DNA of 64,000 bases from assembly GCA_019510095.1 (NCBI GenBank), contig JAEKLB010000021.1:872-64871 (forward strand), read 5' to 3'. Shown here in pieces: positions 8,692 to 16,340 of the stretch; position 1 is the first letter of the stretch; every line of letters begins with the position of its first letter. The DNA is from Acidobacteriota bacterium. GTDB taxonomy: Bacteria > Actinomycetota > Acidimicrobiia > Acidimicrobiales > CADCSY01. The notes beneath the pieces are model-generated. The model did not search any database, was not told the origin of the DNA, and was given only the letters and a program-made list of their open reading frames with translations. The translations under genes and the position numbers were made by a program.

Positions 8692-10323
8692 GTGCGGCGG
8701 CTGACCCTCTTGTCCCTGTGCTCCCTCGCGTCCGTGGTCGGTGCCGGCGCGCTGGCACCCCCGGCGAGCTCCCTGAGCAACGAGCCGGCTGCCGTCTGGT
8801 CGACCTCCGTGCCCGGCGCCGCCTTCTTCGAGTCGTCGCCCGCACTGGCCGATCTCGACGGCGACGGCGTCCTCGACGTGGTCGCCGGCAGCCGCGACGG
8901 CAACGTCTACGGGTTCGACTGCCGCAGCGGCCGTCCCCTCCCCGGGTGGCCCCAATCCACCGCCCACCCGGTCGACTCGTCCCCGGCAGCAGCCGACGTC
9001 GACGGCGACGGCAAGCCCGAGGTGTTCGTCGGGTCCGGGTCGTTCACCGCCAACGGCGGGGCGCTCTACTCCTTCGCCAGCGATGGACGCGTGCGCTTCC
9101 GCCGCCAGCTCGGCGACGTCCACTTCGGCGACCCCGCCGTGTTCTCGACGCCCGCGCTCGGCGACCTCGACGGCAACGGGAGCACCGACGTGGCGACCGC
9201 CAGCCTCGGCGTGCAGTCGGTGTGGCAGCTCGACGGCGCCGGGAGGGCGCTCCGCGGCTTCCCCTTCCACTGGGACGACACGGTGTTCTCGTCACCCGCT
9301 CTTGCCGACGTCGACAACGACGGCGTGCTCGACATGGTGATCGGCGGCGACTCGACCGCCGGCGGTGTGGTCGACCACAAGGGCGGCATGGTGCGCGCCA
9401 TCGGCTACGGCGGCCGCTCCCTGTGGCAGTTCAACACCAACGACATCGTGCGGTCATCGCCATCGGTCGGCGATGTCGACGGCGACGGGCGGCTCGACGT
9501 CGTCTTCGGTGGCGGCCAGTACTACGGGGGTACCGACTCGGTTGCGGTCTACGCCCTCGACGCCGCGACGGGCAGGTTGAAGTGGCGGCGGGCCACCAAC
9601 GGCGCCACCCTCGCCTCGCCCGCCCTGGCGGACGTCAACGGTGACGGTCGGCTCGACGTGGTGCTCGCCACCATCGCCAGCAAGTACGGGATGGGCGGCG
9701 GCAACACCCTGTACGTGCTCAACGGCACCGATGGCAGCGATGTCGGGCCGTTCCCCGTCGGCGCCGGGCCCGACCCACGCGCCAGCGTCGTCACCGCCGA
9801 TGCCGACGGCGACGGCGCGCAGGACATCTTCGTCGCCGCCGGCGACAAGACCAGGATCATCAGCGGCCGCACGGGCGAGGTGCTGCGCACGCTGTCGACC
9901 TACGGCTCACAGAGCTCCGTGGCCATCGCCGACATCGACGGCAATGGCCGGCTCGACGTCGTCGCCGTGTTCGGTCGCCCCGATAGCCGGGTGCAGGCAA
10001 CGGTGCGACGGTGGGAGCTCGACAGCAACGCAACCCTGGGCGCGCTCGGTTGGCCCCAGTTCCGCAAGGACGCCCGTCGAACCGGGTCCTGGGCCAACAC
10101 CTCCCTGCCGCCTCACCCGATCCCGGCCGCCGTCATGGACGCGGCAGTGAAGTCATCCGCGTCGAAGACGTTGGCGGCGAAGAACAAGGCAGCCGCCATC
10201 GCCAATGCCGCCAAGTTCTCGGCTCAGTACGCCGCCCAGTGCAAGACCCCGGCCGCCAGAAAGGCCAAGCCGTGCGTCTCGCTGGCCGCCAGGCTGGTGG
10301 CCAGCCGCAAGGCCGCCCGCTAA
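8692..10323 (+). CDS. Secreted FG-GAP/VCBS-repeat beta-propeller protein with Lys/Ala-rich basic C-terminal tail
   Basis: Signal peptide 'MRRLTLLSLCSLASVVGAGA'. Repeated 'SSPALADLDGDGxLDVV' units. Tail 'KSSASKTLAAKNKAAAIANAAKF...RKAKP...SRKAAR'. Confidence 0.8.
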   Translation: MRRLTLLSLCSLASVVGAGALAPPASSLSNEPAAVWSTSVPGAAFFESSPALADLDGDGVLDVVAGSRDGNVYGFDCRSGRPLPGWPQSTAHPVDSSPAAADVDGDGKPEVFVGSGSFTANGGALYSFASDGRVRFRRQLGDVHFGDPAVFSTPALGDLDGNGSTDVATASLGVQSVWQLDGAGRALRGFPFHWDDTVFSSPALADVDNDGVLDMVIGGDSTAGGVVDHKGGMVRAIGYGGRSLWQFNTNDIVRSSPSVGDVDGDGRLDVVFGGGQYYGGTDSVAVYALDAATGRLKWRRATNGATLASPALADVNGDGRLDVVLATIASKYGMGGGNTLYVLNGTDGSDVGPFPVGAGPDPRASVVTADADGDGAQDIFVAAGDKTRIISGRTGEVLRTLSTYGSQSSVAIADIDGNGRLDVVAVFGRPDSRVQATVRRWELDSNATLGALGWPQFRKDARRTGSWANTSLPPHPIPAAVMDAAVKSSASKTLAAKNKAAAIANAAKFSAQYAAQCKTPAARKAKPCVSLAARLVASRKAAR

Positions 10324-10337
10324 CGGCGAACATGCGT

Positions 10338-10386
10338 GTTCTGTGTCGTCGGTCAGCCCCACAGGGGCCAGCCGACGACACAGAAC
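10338..10386. terminator. Long GC hairpin between convergent genes (bidirectional terminator candidate)
   Basis: GTTCTGTGTCGTCGG (10338-10352) pairs with CCGACGACACAGAAC (10372-10386). Inner CCCC/GGGG pair, loop ACA. Confidence 0.5.
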
Positions 10387-10388
10387 GA

Positions 10389-10463
10389 TCAGGCCTCGCG
10401 CAGCTTGCGGGCCGCGTAGAACCCGAGGCCGAGCAGGACGGCGAGCAGCAGGAGTCGCTTCAT
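10389..10463 (-). CDS. 24-aa hydrophobic micro-protein
   Basis: 'MKRLLLLAVLLGLGFYAARKLREA'. ATG overlaps the upstream stop (ATGA). 23 of 24 third codon positions are G/C. Followed directly by the hairpin. Confidence 0.4.
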   Translation of the reverse strand: MKRLLLLAVLLGLGFYAARKLREA

Positions 10464-10870
10464 GCGCTGGACGCTATCGCCGCCACGTCGACCTCGACAT
10501 CGGCGATCGCCCGCCGGAGGGTTCGGATCATGGGCCCATCGCTGACCGGGGACGCTGCCGCCAGGGCGGCGCGGTAGTCGTCGAGCAGCTCCTGGGCCAC
10601 CTCGGCGGCCCGTTCCCGCCGGGCCTCGTCGCCAGCGGCATCGATCATGGCGGCAACGGCAACGGCGGTGGTGGCGCCCAGCCCGTAGTCGGCCGGCACC
10701 AGCTCCTGCCACAGCCCGGCGCGCCAGCCGTGATGACGGGACTGCTCGGCCAGCCGCACCTTCAAGGCCGGGGACGAGGTCGAGGCCACCCAGCCACCGA
10801 GCAGCGCGAAGGCCCGCTCCTCGAGCGCCGCCCACCGCTGCACGGCGGTGGCGGCTTGGTCGATCCTCAC
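10460..10870 (-). CDS. Hypothetical protein (136 aa), co-transcribed with nadE
   Basis: GTG 10870 overlaps the nadE stop (GTGA). Plausible helical composition. No family recognised. Confidence 0.6.
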   Translation of the reverse strand: MRIDQAATAVQRWAALEERAFALLGGWVASTSSPALKVRLAEQSRHHGWRAGLWQELVPADYGLGATTAVAVAAMIDAAGDEARRERAAEVAQELLDDYRAALAAASPVSDGPMIRTLRRAIADVEVDVAAIASSA

Positions 10871-12582
10871 CGGTAGTGGTTGACGATGGGCATGCGCCGG
10901 TCCTTGCCGAAGGCCTTCGGAGTGACGCGGACGCCGACCGGCGCCTGGCGCCGCTTCCACTCGGCAACATCGATCATCCTCGTCACCCGGTGTACGAGCG
11001 CGGCGTCATGCCCGAGCTCGATGAGCTCCTCGGCCGTGATGTCACGCTCGACGTAGGCCTGCACGATCGGGTCGAGCACGTCGTAGGGCGGGAGCGAGTC
11101 GCTGTCCTTCTGATCGGGTCGCAGCTCGGCCGACGGCGGCTTGGTGAGCACCGACGTGGGGATGAGGTCGTAGCCGGCCCACTCGTTGCGGGCGAGGGCC
11201 AGCTCGTACACGGTCGTCTTCACGACGTCCTTGATCACCGCGAAGCCACCAGCCATGTCGACGCCGTACACGGTCGTGTAGCCGACAGCGAGCTCGCTCT
11301 TGTTCCCGCAGATGAGCACCAGCCAGGTGCGGAACTTGTTCGCCAATGCCATGAGCAGCGCGGCGCGGATGCGGCCCTGCAGGTTCTCTTCGGTGATGTC
11401 CTCGGGCAGCCCTTCGAACGACGGCCCCAACAGGTCGACCATGGCCGCGTGCGCCGGCTCGATGGCGATGGTCCGCAGGTCGATCCCGAGGTTCGCCGCC
11501 AGCTTCTCGGCATCGGTGATCGACCCTTCGGTGGAGTAGCGCGAGGGCAGGGCGACGGCGTGCACGTGGTCGGGACCGATGGCATCGACGGCGATGGCGG
11601 TGACGAGCGACGAGTCGATCCCCCCTGAGAGGCCGAGCACGACGTCGGTGAAGCCGTTCTTGACGATGTAGTCGCGGGTGCCGACCACCAGCGCCCGGTA
11701 GATCTCCTCGCGGCGCTCGAGCGGCGCGAGCACCATCGGGGGCGCCGGCTCGTCGTTGACGACCGCGGCGGTCGTGACCTCCACGACCGGCAGGGCGGCG
11801 GCGGGGACACTGCCGCGCGGGTCGAGCAGGCGCTTGCGGAACCCGGGGCGGACCTCGACGTCGCAGACGAACACGTCCTCCTCGAACTGGGCGGCCGCCG
11901 CGACGAGGCTGCCGTCGGCGTCGAAGACCATCGAGCCGCCGTCGAAGACGAGCTCGTCCTGGCCGCCGACCTGGTTGACGTACACCAGGCCGCACGACGA
12001 GTCGGCGGCGCGGGTGCCCAGCATCCGTAGCCGCTCGCCGACCCGGCCGGCGTAGAACGGCGAGGCGTTGAGGTTGAGGATCAGCTCGGCGCCACCGGCC
12101 GCCTGGATCGACATCGGCCCAGCGGGGCTCCAGATGTCCTCGCACACCGAGATGCCGACCCGGACCCCGCCCACGTTGTAGAGCTGCAGGGGCTCGGTGC
12201 CGGGCGTGAAGTAGCGCTCCTCGTCGAAGACCGCGTAGTTGGGAAGAAGTCGCTTGCGGTACACGCCGCGCACTGCGCCGTTGGCGCACACGGCCGCCGC
12301 GTTGTACAGGTCGAGGCCGGCGTCGACGAAGCCGACGACGGCCACGCACTGGCTGCTGCGCGCGGCGATGGCGTCGAGCGCGACCTGGTTGTCGCGCACG
12401 AAGCCGGGCTTGAGCAGCAGGTCCTCGGGTGGGTAGCCGGTGATGGCGAGCTCGGGGAACACGGCGACAGCAGCACCGGCGTCCTCGGCAGCACCGAGGG
12501 CGTCGAGGATCCGGCCGGTGTTCCCATCCAGGTCACCGACCACGGTGTTGAGCTGGCACAGGGCCACCCGCAACACAGGCAT
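10867..12582 (-). CDS. nadE: Glutamine-dependent NAD+ synthetase (nitrilase-like domain + NAD synthetase domain)
   Basis: Starts 'MPVLRVALCQLNTVVGDLDGN'. CN-hydrolase 'FPELAITGY', 'VCEDIW'. PP-loop 'LGLSGGIDSS'. Confidence 0.9.
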   Translation of the reverse strand: MPVLRVALCQLNTVVGDLDGNTGRILDALGAAEDAGAAVAVFPELAITGYPPEDLLLKPGFVRDNQVALDAIAARSSQCVAVVGFVDAGLDLYNAAAVCANGAVRGVYRKRLLPNYAVFDEERYFTPGTEPLQLYNVGGVRVGISVCEDIWSPAGPMSIQAAGGAELILNLNASPFYAGRVGERLRMLGTRAADSSCGLVYVNQVGGQDELVFDGGSMVFDADGSLVAAAAQFEEDVFVCDVEVRPGFRKRLLDPRGSVPAAALPVVEVTTAAVVNDEPAPPMVLAPLERREEIYRALVVGTRDYIVKNGFTDVVLGLSGGIDSSLVTAIAVDAIGPDHVHAVALPSRYSTEGSITDAEKLAANLGIDLRTIAIEPAHAAMVDLLGPSFEGLPEDITEENLQGRIRAALLMALANKFRTWLVLICGNKSELAVGYTTVYGVDMAGGFAVIKDVVKTTVYELALARNEWAGYDLIPTSVLTKPPSAELRPDQKDSDSLPPYDVLDPIVQAYVERDITAEELIELGHDAALVHRVTRMIDVAEWKRRQAPVGVRVTPKAFGKDRRMPIVNHYR

Positions 12583-12622
12583 GCAGGAGAGGCTAGGTGA
12601 AGGCCTGACACAATCCCCGCTC

Positions 12623-13063
12623 GTGCGTCGGCTGCTGCTGCTTGCCGTCTTCGGGCTGATCGTGCTGCTGGCGACGCCGGTGACCGCCCAGATCATCCCG
12701 ACCACCACCACGACGAGCCAGCCGGGGTCGACCACCACCACGACCGCCCTCGAGATCACCACCTCGACGACGGCGGGGACCACGACCACGACTGCCATCG
12801 CCAGCAGCACGACGCCGACGACCCGGCGCGTGGGCACCAGCACCACGAAGAAGGGCGCGACCACCACGACCCGACCGCTCCCCACGTCGTCGACCTTCGT
12901 CCCGCCGGCGGGCAACCAGGGGGGCCCGAGCACCACGGTGCCGTTCAAGGGAACCGACCCGCCCGGCACGCACTACCTCGGCCTGCTGATCGCCCTGTCG
13001 CTCGGCGGCTTCGGCGCGGCGGCCCTCATCGTCGGCTCACAGCTGGTGGCCACCAGGCCCTGA
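12623..13063 (+). CDS. Thr-rich (mucin-like) secreted protein with C-terminal TM anchor
   Basis: 'VRRLLLLAVFGLIVLLATPVTAQ' signal, long TTTTT runs, C-terminal 'LGLLIALSLGGFGAAALIVG'. Alternative in-frame ATG at 12581. Confidence 0.6.
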   Translation: MRRLLLLAVFGLIVLLATPVTAQIIPTTTTTSQPGSTTTTTALEITTSTTAGTTTTTAIASSTTPTTRRVGTSTTKKGATTTTRPLPTSSTFVPPAGNQGGPSTTVPFKGTDPPGTHYLGLLIALSLGGFGAAALIVGSQLVATRP

Positions 13064-13079
13064 CGACCGAACCAAAACG

Positions 13080-13112
13080 GAGGGAGGGCCGGCACCAGGC
13101 CGGCCCTCCCTC
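13080..13112. terminator. Bidirectional terminator hairpin between Thr-rich gene and glnII
   Basis: 14-bp perfect stem GAGGGAGGGCCGGC / GCCGGCCCTCCCTC, loop ACCAG. Confidence 0.55.
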
Positions 13113-13136
13113 AGAACGCTGAGCTGATCGGTGCGA

Positions 13137-14138
13137 CTAGCTGGCCGCAGAGCAGACGGTGTTGGTGATCAGGCGGCACACCGTGTACGGATCCATGTTG
13201 GCGTTGGGCCGGCGGTCCTCGATGTAGCCCTTCTTCTCCTGCTCGACCTGCCACGGGATGCGCACCGAGGCGCCCCGGTTCGACACGCCGTAGGAGAACT
13301 CGTTCCAGGGGGCGGTCTCGTGCAGGCCAGTGAGGCGGTTCTCGATGCCGAAGCCGTACTGGTGGACGTGCTCCTCCCAGTTCTTCCCGATGGCCTCGCA
13401 GGCGGCGATGATCGGCTCGTAGCTCTCACGCATCTGCTTGGTCGAGAAGTTGGTGTGGCACCCGGCGCCGTTCCAGTCGCCCCGCACCGGCTTGGCGTCG
13501 AGGGTGACGGAGATGCCGTGGTCCTCACCGAGGCGGTGCAGCAGCCAACGAGCCACCCACAGGTGGTCGGAGACCTCGACCGGCCCGAGCGGGCCGACCT
13601 GGAACTCCCATTGGCCGGGCATGACCTCGCCGTTGATGCCGGAGATCTCGAGCCCCGCCTCGATGCAGGCCTCGAGATGGTCCTCGACGAGCGGCCGGCC
13701 GTAGATGTCGTCGGCGCCGACGCCGCAGTAGTACGGGCCCTGGGGCCCGGGGTAGCCACCCGAGTCGGGGAAGCCGAGCGGCCGGGTGCCCTTGAACAGC
13801 GTGTACTCCTGCTCGAGGCCGAACCAGGAGTCGAAGCTCTTGAACTTCTCGGCGACCTCGACGCACTTGGCGCGGGTGTTCGACTCGTGCGGGGTCATGT
13901 CGACGTTGAGCACCTCGCAGAGGACGAGGATGTCGTCGCCACCCCGGATCGGGTCGGGGCACTGGAAGGCCGGCTTGAGCACTCGGTCGGAGTCGTGACC
14001 CTCGGCCTGGTTGGTGCTGGAGCCGTCGAAGCCCCAGATGCCGGGGTCCGCGCCGTCCTTCAGGATCTTCGTCTTCGAGCGGAGCAGGGGCGTCGGCTCG
14101 GTGCCGTCGATCCAGATGTATTCGGCCTTGTACACCAC
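13137..14138 (-). CDS. glnII: Glutamine synthetase type II (eukaryote-like GSII)
   Basis: 'VVYKAEYIWIDGTEPTPLLRSKTKI...', 'GFDGSSTNQA', 'PGQWEFQVGP', 'NGAGCHTNFS'. GTG 14138 has GAGGAG upstream and a -10-like CAGAAT (14159..14154). Confidence 0.9.
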   Translation of the reverse strand: MVYKAEYIWIDGTEPTPLLRSKTKILKDGADPGIWGFDGSSTNQAEGHDSDRVLKPAFQCPDPIRGGDDILVLCEVLNVDMTPHESNTRAKCVEVAEKFKSFDSWFGLEQEYTLFKGTRPLGFPDSGGYPGPQGPYYCGVGADDIYGRPLVEDHLEACIEAGLEISGINGEVMPGQWEFQVGPLGPVEVSDHLWVARWLLHRLGEDHGISVTLDAKPVRGDWNGAGCHTNFSTKQMRESYEPIIAACEAIGKNWEEHVHQYGFGIENRLTGLHETAPWNEFSYGVSNRGASVRIPWQVEQEKKGYIEDRRPNANMDPYTVCRLITNTVCSAAS

Positions 14139-14226
14139 GGGGCGGTCTCCTCGATTCTGTCGCCAGATCCCGTTTTGGGGGCTGGACCCAAACAATCAGC
14201 GCGGGATTTCCCGGCCTTTTCCTCAA

Positions 14227-14244
14227 TGTGAACGACGTGTGAAC
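14227..14244. promoter_or_regulatory. Two exact TGTGAAC direct repeats 11 bp apart in the glnII-glnA intergenic region
   Basis: TGTGAAC at 14227-14233 and 14238-14244. One helical turn of spacing fits tandem OmpR-family binding. The GAAC core resembles the GlnR b-site. Confidence 0.3.
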
Positions 14245-14294
14245 TGGGCGAATCGACCAGCGGTCGGACGGCGCCCACACGCGATGATGCCACC

Positions 14295-15629
14295 GTGGAG
14301 CGGCAACAGGACTATGTGATGCGGACGGTGGAGGAACGGGGCATCCGGTTCATCCAGCTGTGGTTCACCGACGTGCTCGGCGTGCCCAAGTCGTTTGCCA
14401 TCACCCCGGCCGAGCTGGAGAACGCCCTCGAGGAGGGCATGACCTTCGACGGCTCCGCGGTCGACGGGTTCAGCCGCGTCCAGGAGAGCGACGTCCTGGC
14501 CAAGCCCGACCCCACCACCTTCCAGATCCTGCCCCTCCAGTCGGCAGGCGGGCCGGTGGCCAAGGTGGTGTGCGACATCCTCAACCTCGACGGCACGCCG
14601 TTCGAGGGCGATCCCCGCTGGGTGCTGCGCAGGACCCTCGAGCGAGCCCATGAGAAGGGGTTCTCGTTCTACGCCGCCCCCGAGATCGAGTGGTTCTACC
14701 TCGACGGCAAGGACCCTTCGGTGCCCGTCCGCCCGCTCGACCAGGGCTCGTACTTCGAGCTCACCGTGGCCGACCTCACCACCGACCTCCGCAAGCGAAC
14801 GGTGCTCACCCTGGAGGAGATGGGGATCCCCGTCGAGTACTCCCAGCACGAGGACAGCCCCGGCCAGCACGAGGTCGACCTCCGGCACACCGACGCCCTG
14901 ACCATGGCCGACACCGTGATGACGACCCGGCTGATCATCAAGGAGATCGCCCAGCAATCGGGGGCCTACGCCACGTTCATGCCGAAGCCCATCGCTGGCG
15001 TGCAGGGCTCGGGCATGCACACCCACTTCTCCTTGTTCGAGGGCGACGCCAATGCCTTCCACGATCCGGGCGACGAGCACGGCCTGTCGAAGGTGGCCAA
15101 GGGCTTCATCGCCGGGCTGCTCGCCCACGCCCCCGAGATCACCGCCATCACCAACCAGGTCGTGAACTCCTACAAGCGCCTCGTGCAGGGCTACGAAGCC
15201 CCCGTCTACGTGTCGTGGGCCCGCAACAACCGCTCGGTGGTGGTCAACGTGCCGCGGTCGAAGGAGGGCCACGCCGAGTCGAGCCGCATCGAGTACCGGG
15301 CGCCCGATCCCGCCTGCAACCCCTACCTCGCCTACGCGTGCGTGCTGTCGGCCGGGCTGGCCGGCATCGAGAACGGCTACACGCTCCCCGACGAGGTGCT
15401 CGACAACCTCTATGCGATGTCACAGGCCGAGCTCGACGCCATCGGCGTCCGGTCGTTGCCCGGCAGCCTCAACGACGCCCTCGTCGAGATGGAGGGCTCG
15501 GCCCTCGTCCGCGACACCTTGGGTGAGCACGTGTTCGAATGGTTCATCCGCAACAAGCGCAACGAGTGGGCCGACTACAAGACCCAGGTCACCCAGTTCG
15601 AGCTCGATCGCTACCTCGGGCGCCTGTAG
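14295..15629 (+). CDS. glnA: Glutamine synthetase type I (GlnA2-like, ~445 aa form)
   Basis: '(M)ERQQDYVMRTVEERGIRFIQLWFTDVLG...' closely parallels the mycobacterial GlnA2 N-terminus as I recall it. 'MPKP', 'GSGMHTHFS', 'NSYKRL'. Confidence 0.92.
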   Translation: MERQQDYVMRTVEERGIRFIQLWFTDVLGVPKSFAITPAELENALEEGMTFDGSAVDGFSRVQESDVLAKPDPTTFQILPLQSAGGPVAKVVCDILNLDGTPFEGDPRWVLRRTLERAHEKGFSFYAAPEIEWFYLDGKDPSVPVRPLDQGSYFELTVADLTTDLRKRTVLTLEEMGIPVEYSQHEDSPGQHEVDLRHTDALTMADTVMTTRLIIKEIAQQSGAYATFMPKPIAGVQGSGMHTHFSLFEGDANAFHDPGDEHGLSKVAKGFIAGLLAHAPEITAITNQVVNSYKRLVQGYEAPVYVSWARNNRSVVVNVPRSKEGHAESSRIEYRAPDPACNPYLAYACVLSAGLAGIENGYTLPDEVLDNLYAMSQAELDAIGVRSLPGSLNDALVEMEGSALVRDTLGEHVFEWFIRNKRNEWADYKTQVTQFELDRYLGRL

Positions 15630-15642
15630 GACTCGCACGTCG

Positions 15643-16323
15643 ATGGAACCGCTGCTGCTGTATCCCGACCCGCCGGCACCGGAGCTGGTCCAGGCCCTCG
15701 ACCTGGGCGGCTATCCCTGGAAGGCCGTCACCACCCCCGAGGCTGCCACCCGCCTCGAGCCGGAGGACGGCTGGGCCGGCGCCATCGTCGCCGCCGATGC
15801 CGATCCCGAGACCGCCTTCGCCCTGTGCCGCGCCCTGCGCAAGCGCGACATCCCGCTCGAGCCGCTGCTCCTGCTCGTGCACGGCGGCCAGCTCGGCGAT
15901 CTCGACCTCCGTGACGACCTGTTCGACGACTTCTGCCTCGTGCCGGTGCGCCAGGCCGAGCTCGACGCCCGGCTCAAGCACCTGTTCTGGCGGACCGGTC
16001 GCGGCACGCGCCCCGAGCTCATCGAGTACGGCCCGCTGGTGCTCAACCTCGAGACCTACCAGGCGGCCATCGCCAGCCGGCCCCTCGACCTGACCTACAT
16101 GGAGTACGAGCTGCTGAAGTTCCTGGCCTCGCACCCGGGCAAGGTCTTCACCCGCGAGACGCTGTTGTCGCGGGTCTGGGGCTACGACTACTACGGCGGC
16201 GCCCGCACCGTCGACGTCCACGTCCGTCGTCTCCGGGCCAAGCTCGGCGAGGAGCACGCGGCCCTCATCTCCACTGTGCGCTCCGTCGGCTACCGCTTCG
16301 GCGAAACCCGCTGGGGCTTCTGA
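15643..16323 (+). CDS. OmpR/PhoB-family winged-helix regulator with atypical receiver domain (GlnR-like orphan)
   Basis: C-terminal 'LTYMEYELLKFLASHPGKVFTRETLLSRVWGYDYYGGARTVDVHVRRLRAKL...VRSVGYRF'. The receiver lacks the N-terminal acidic pair and the conserved Lys ('FCLVPV'). Located directly after glnA. Confidence 0.8.
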   Translation: MEPLLLYPDPPAPELVQALDLGGYPWKAVTTPEAATRLEPEDGWAGAIVAADADPETAFALCRALRKRDIPLEPLLLLVHGGQLGDLDLRDDLFDDFCLVPVRQAELDARLKHLFWRTGRGTRPELIEYGPLVLNLETYQAAIASRPLDLTYMEYELLKFLASHPGKVFTRETLLSRVWGYDYYGGARTVDVHVRRLRAKLGEEHAALISTVRSVGYRFGETRWGF

Positions 16324-16340
16324 GCGACGCCGGCGCCTGC

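Noticed and set aside
13113-13118. AGAACG immediately after the 13080 hairpin as another member of the CGTTCT...AGAACG clamp family.
   Set aside because: The left flank (AAAACGG) has no complementary CGTTCT, so it does not extend the stem. It is mentioned only as context in the hairpin finding.
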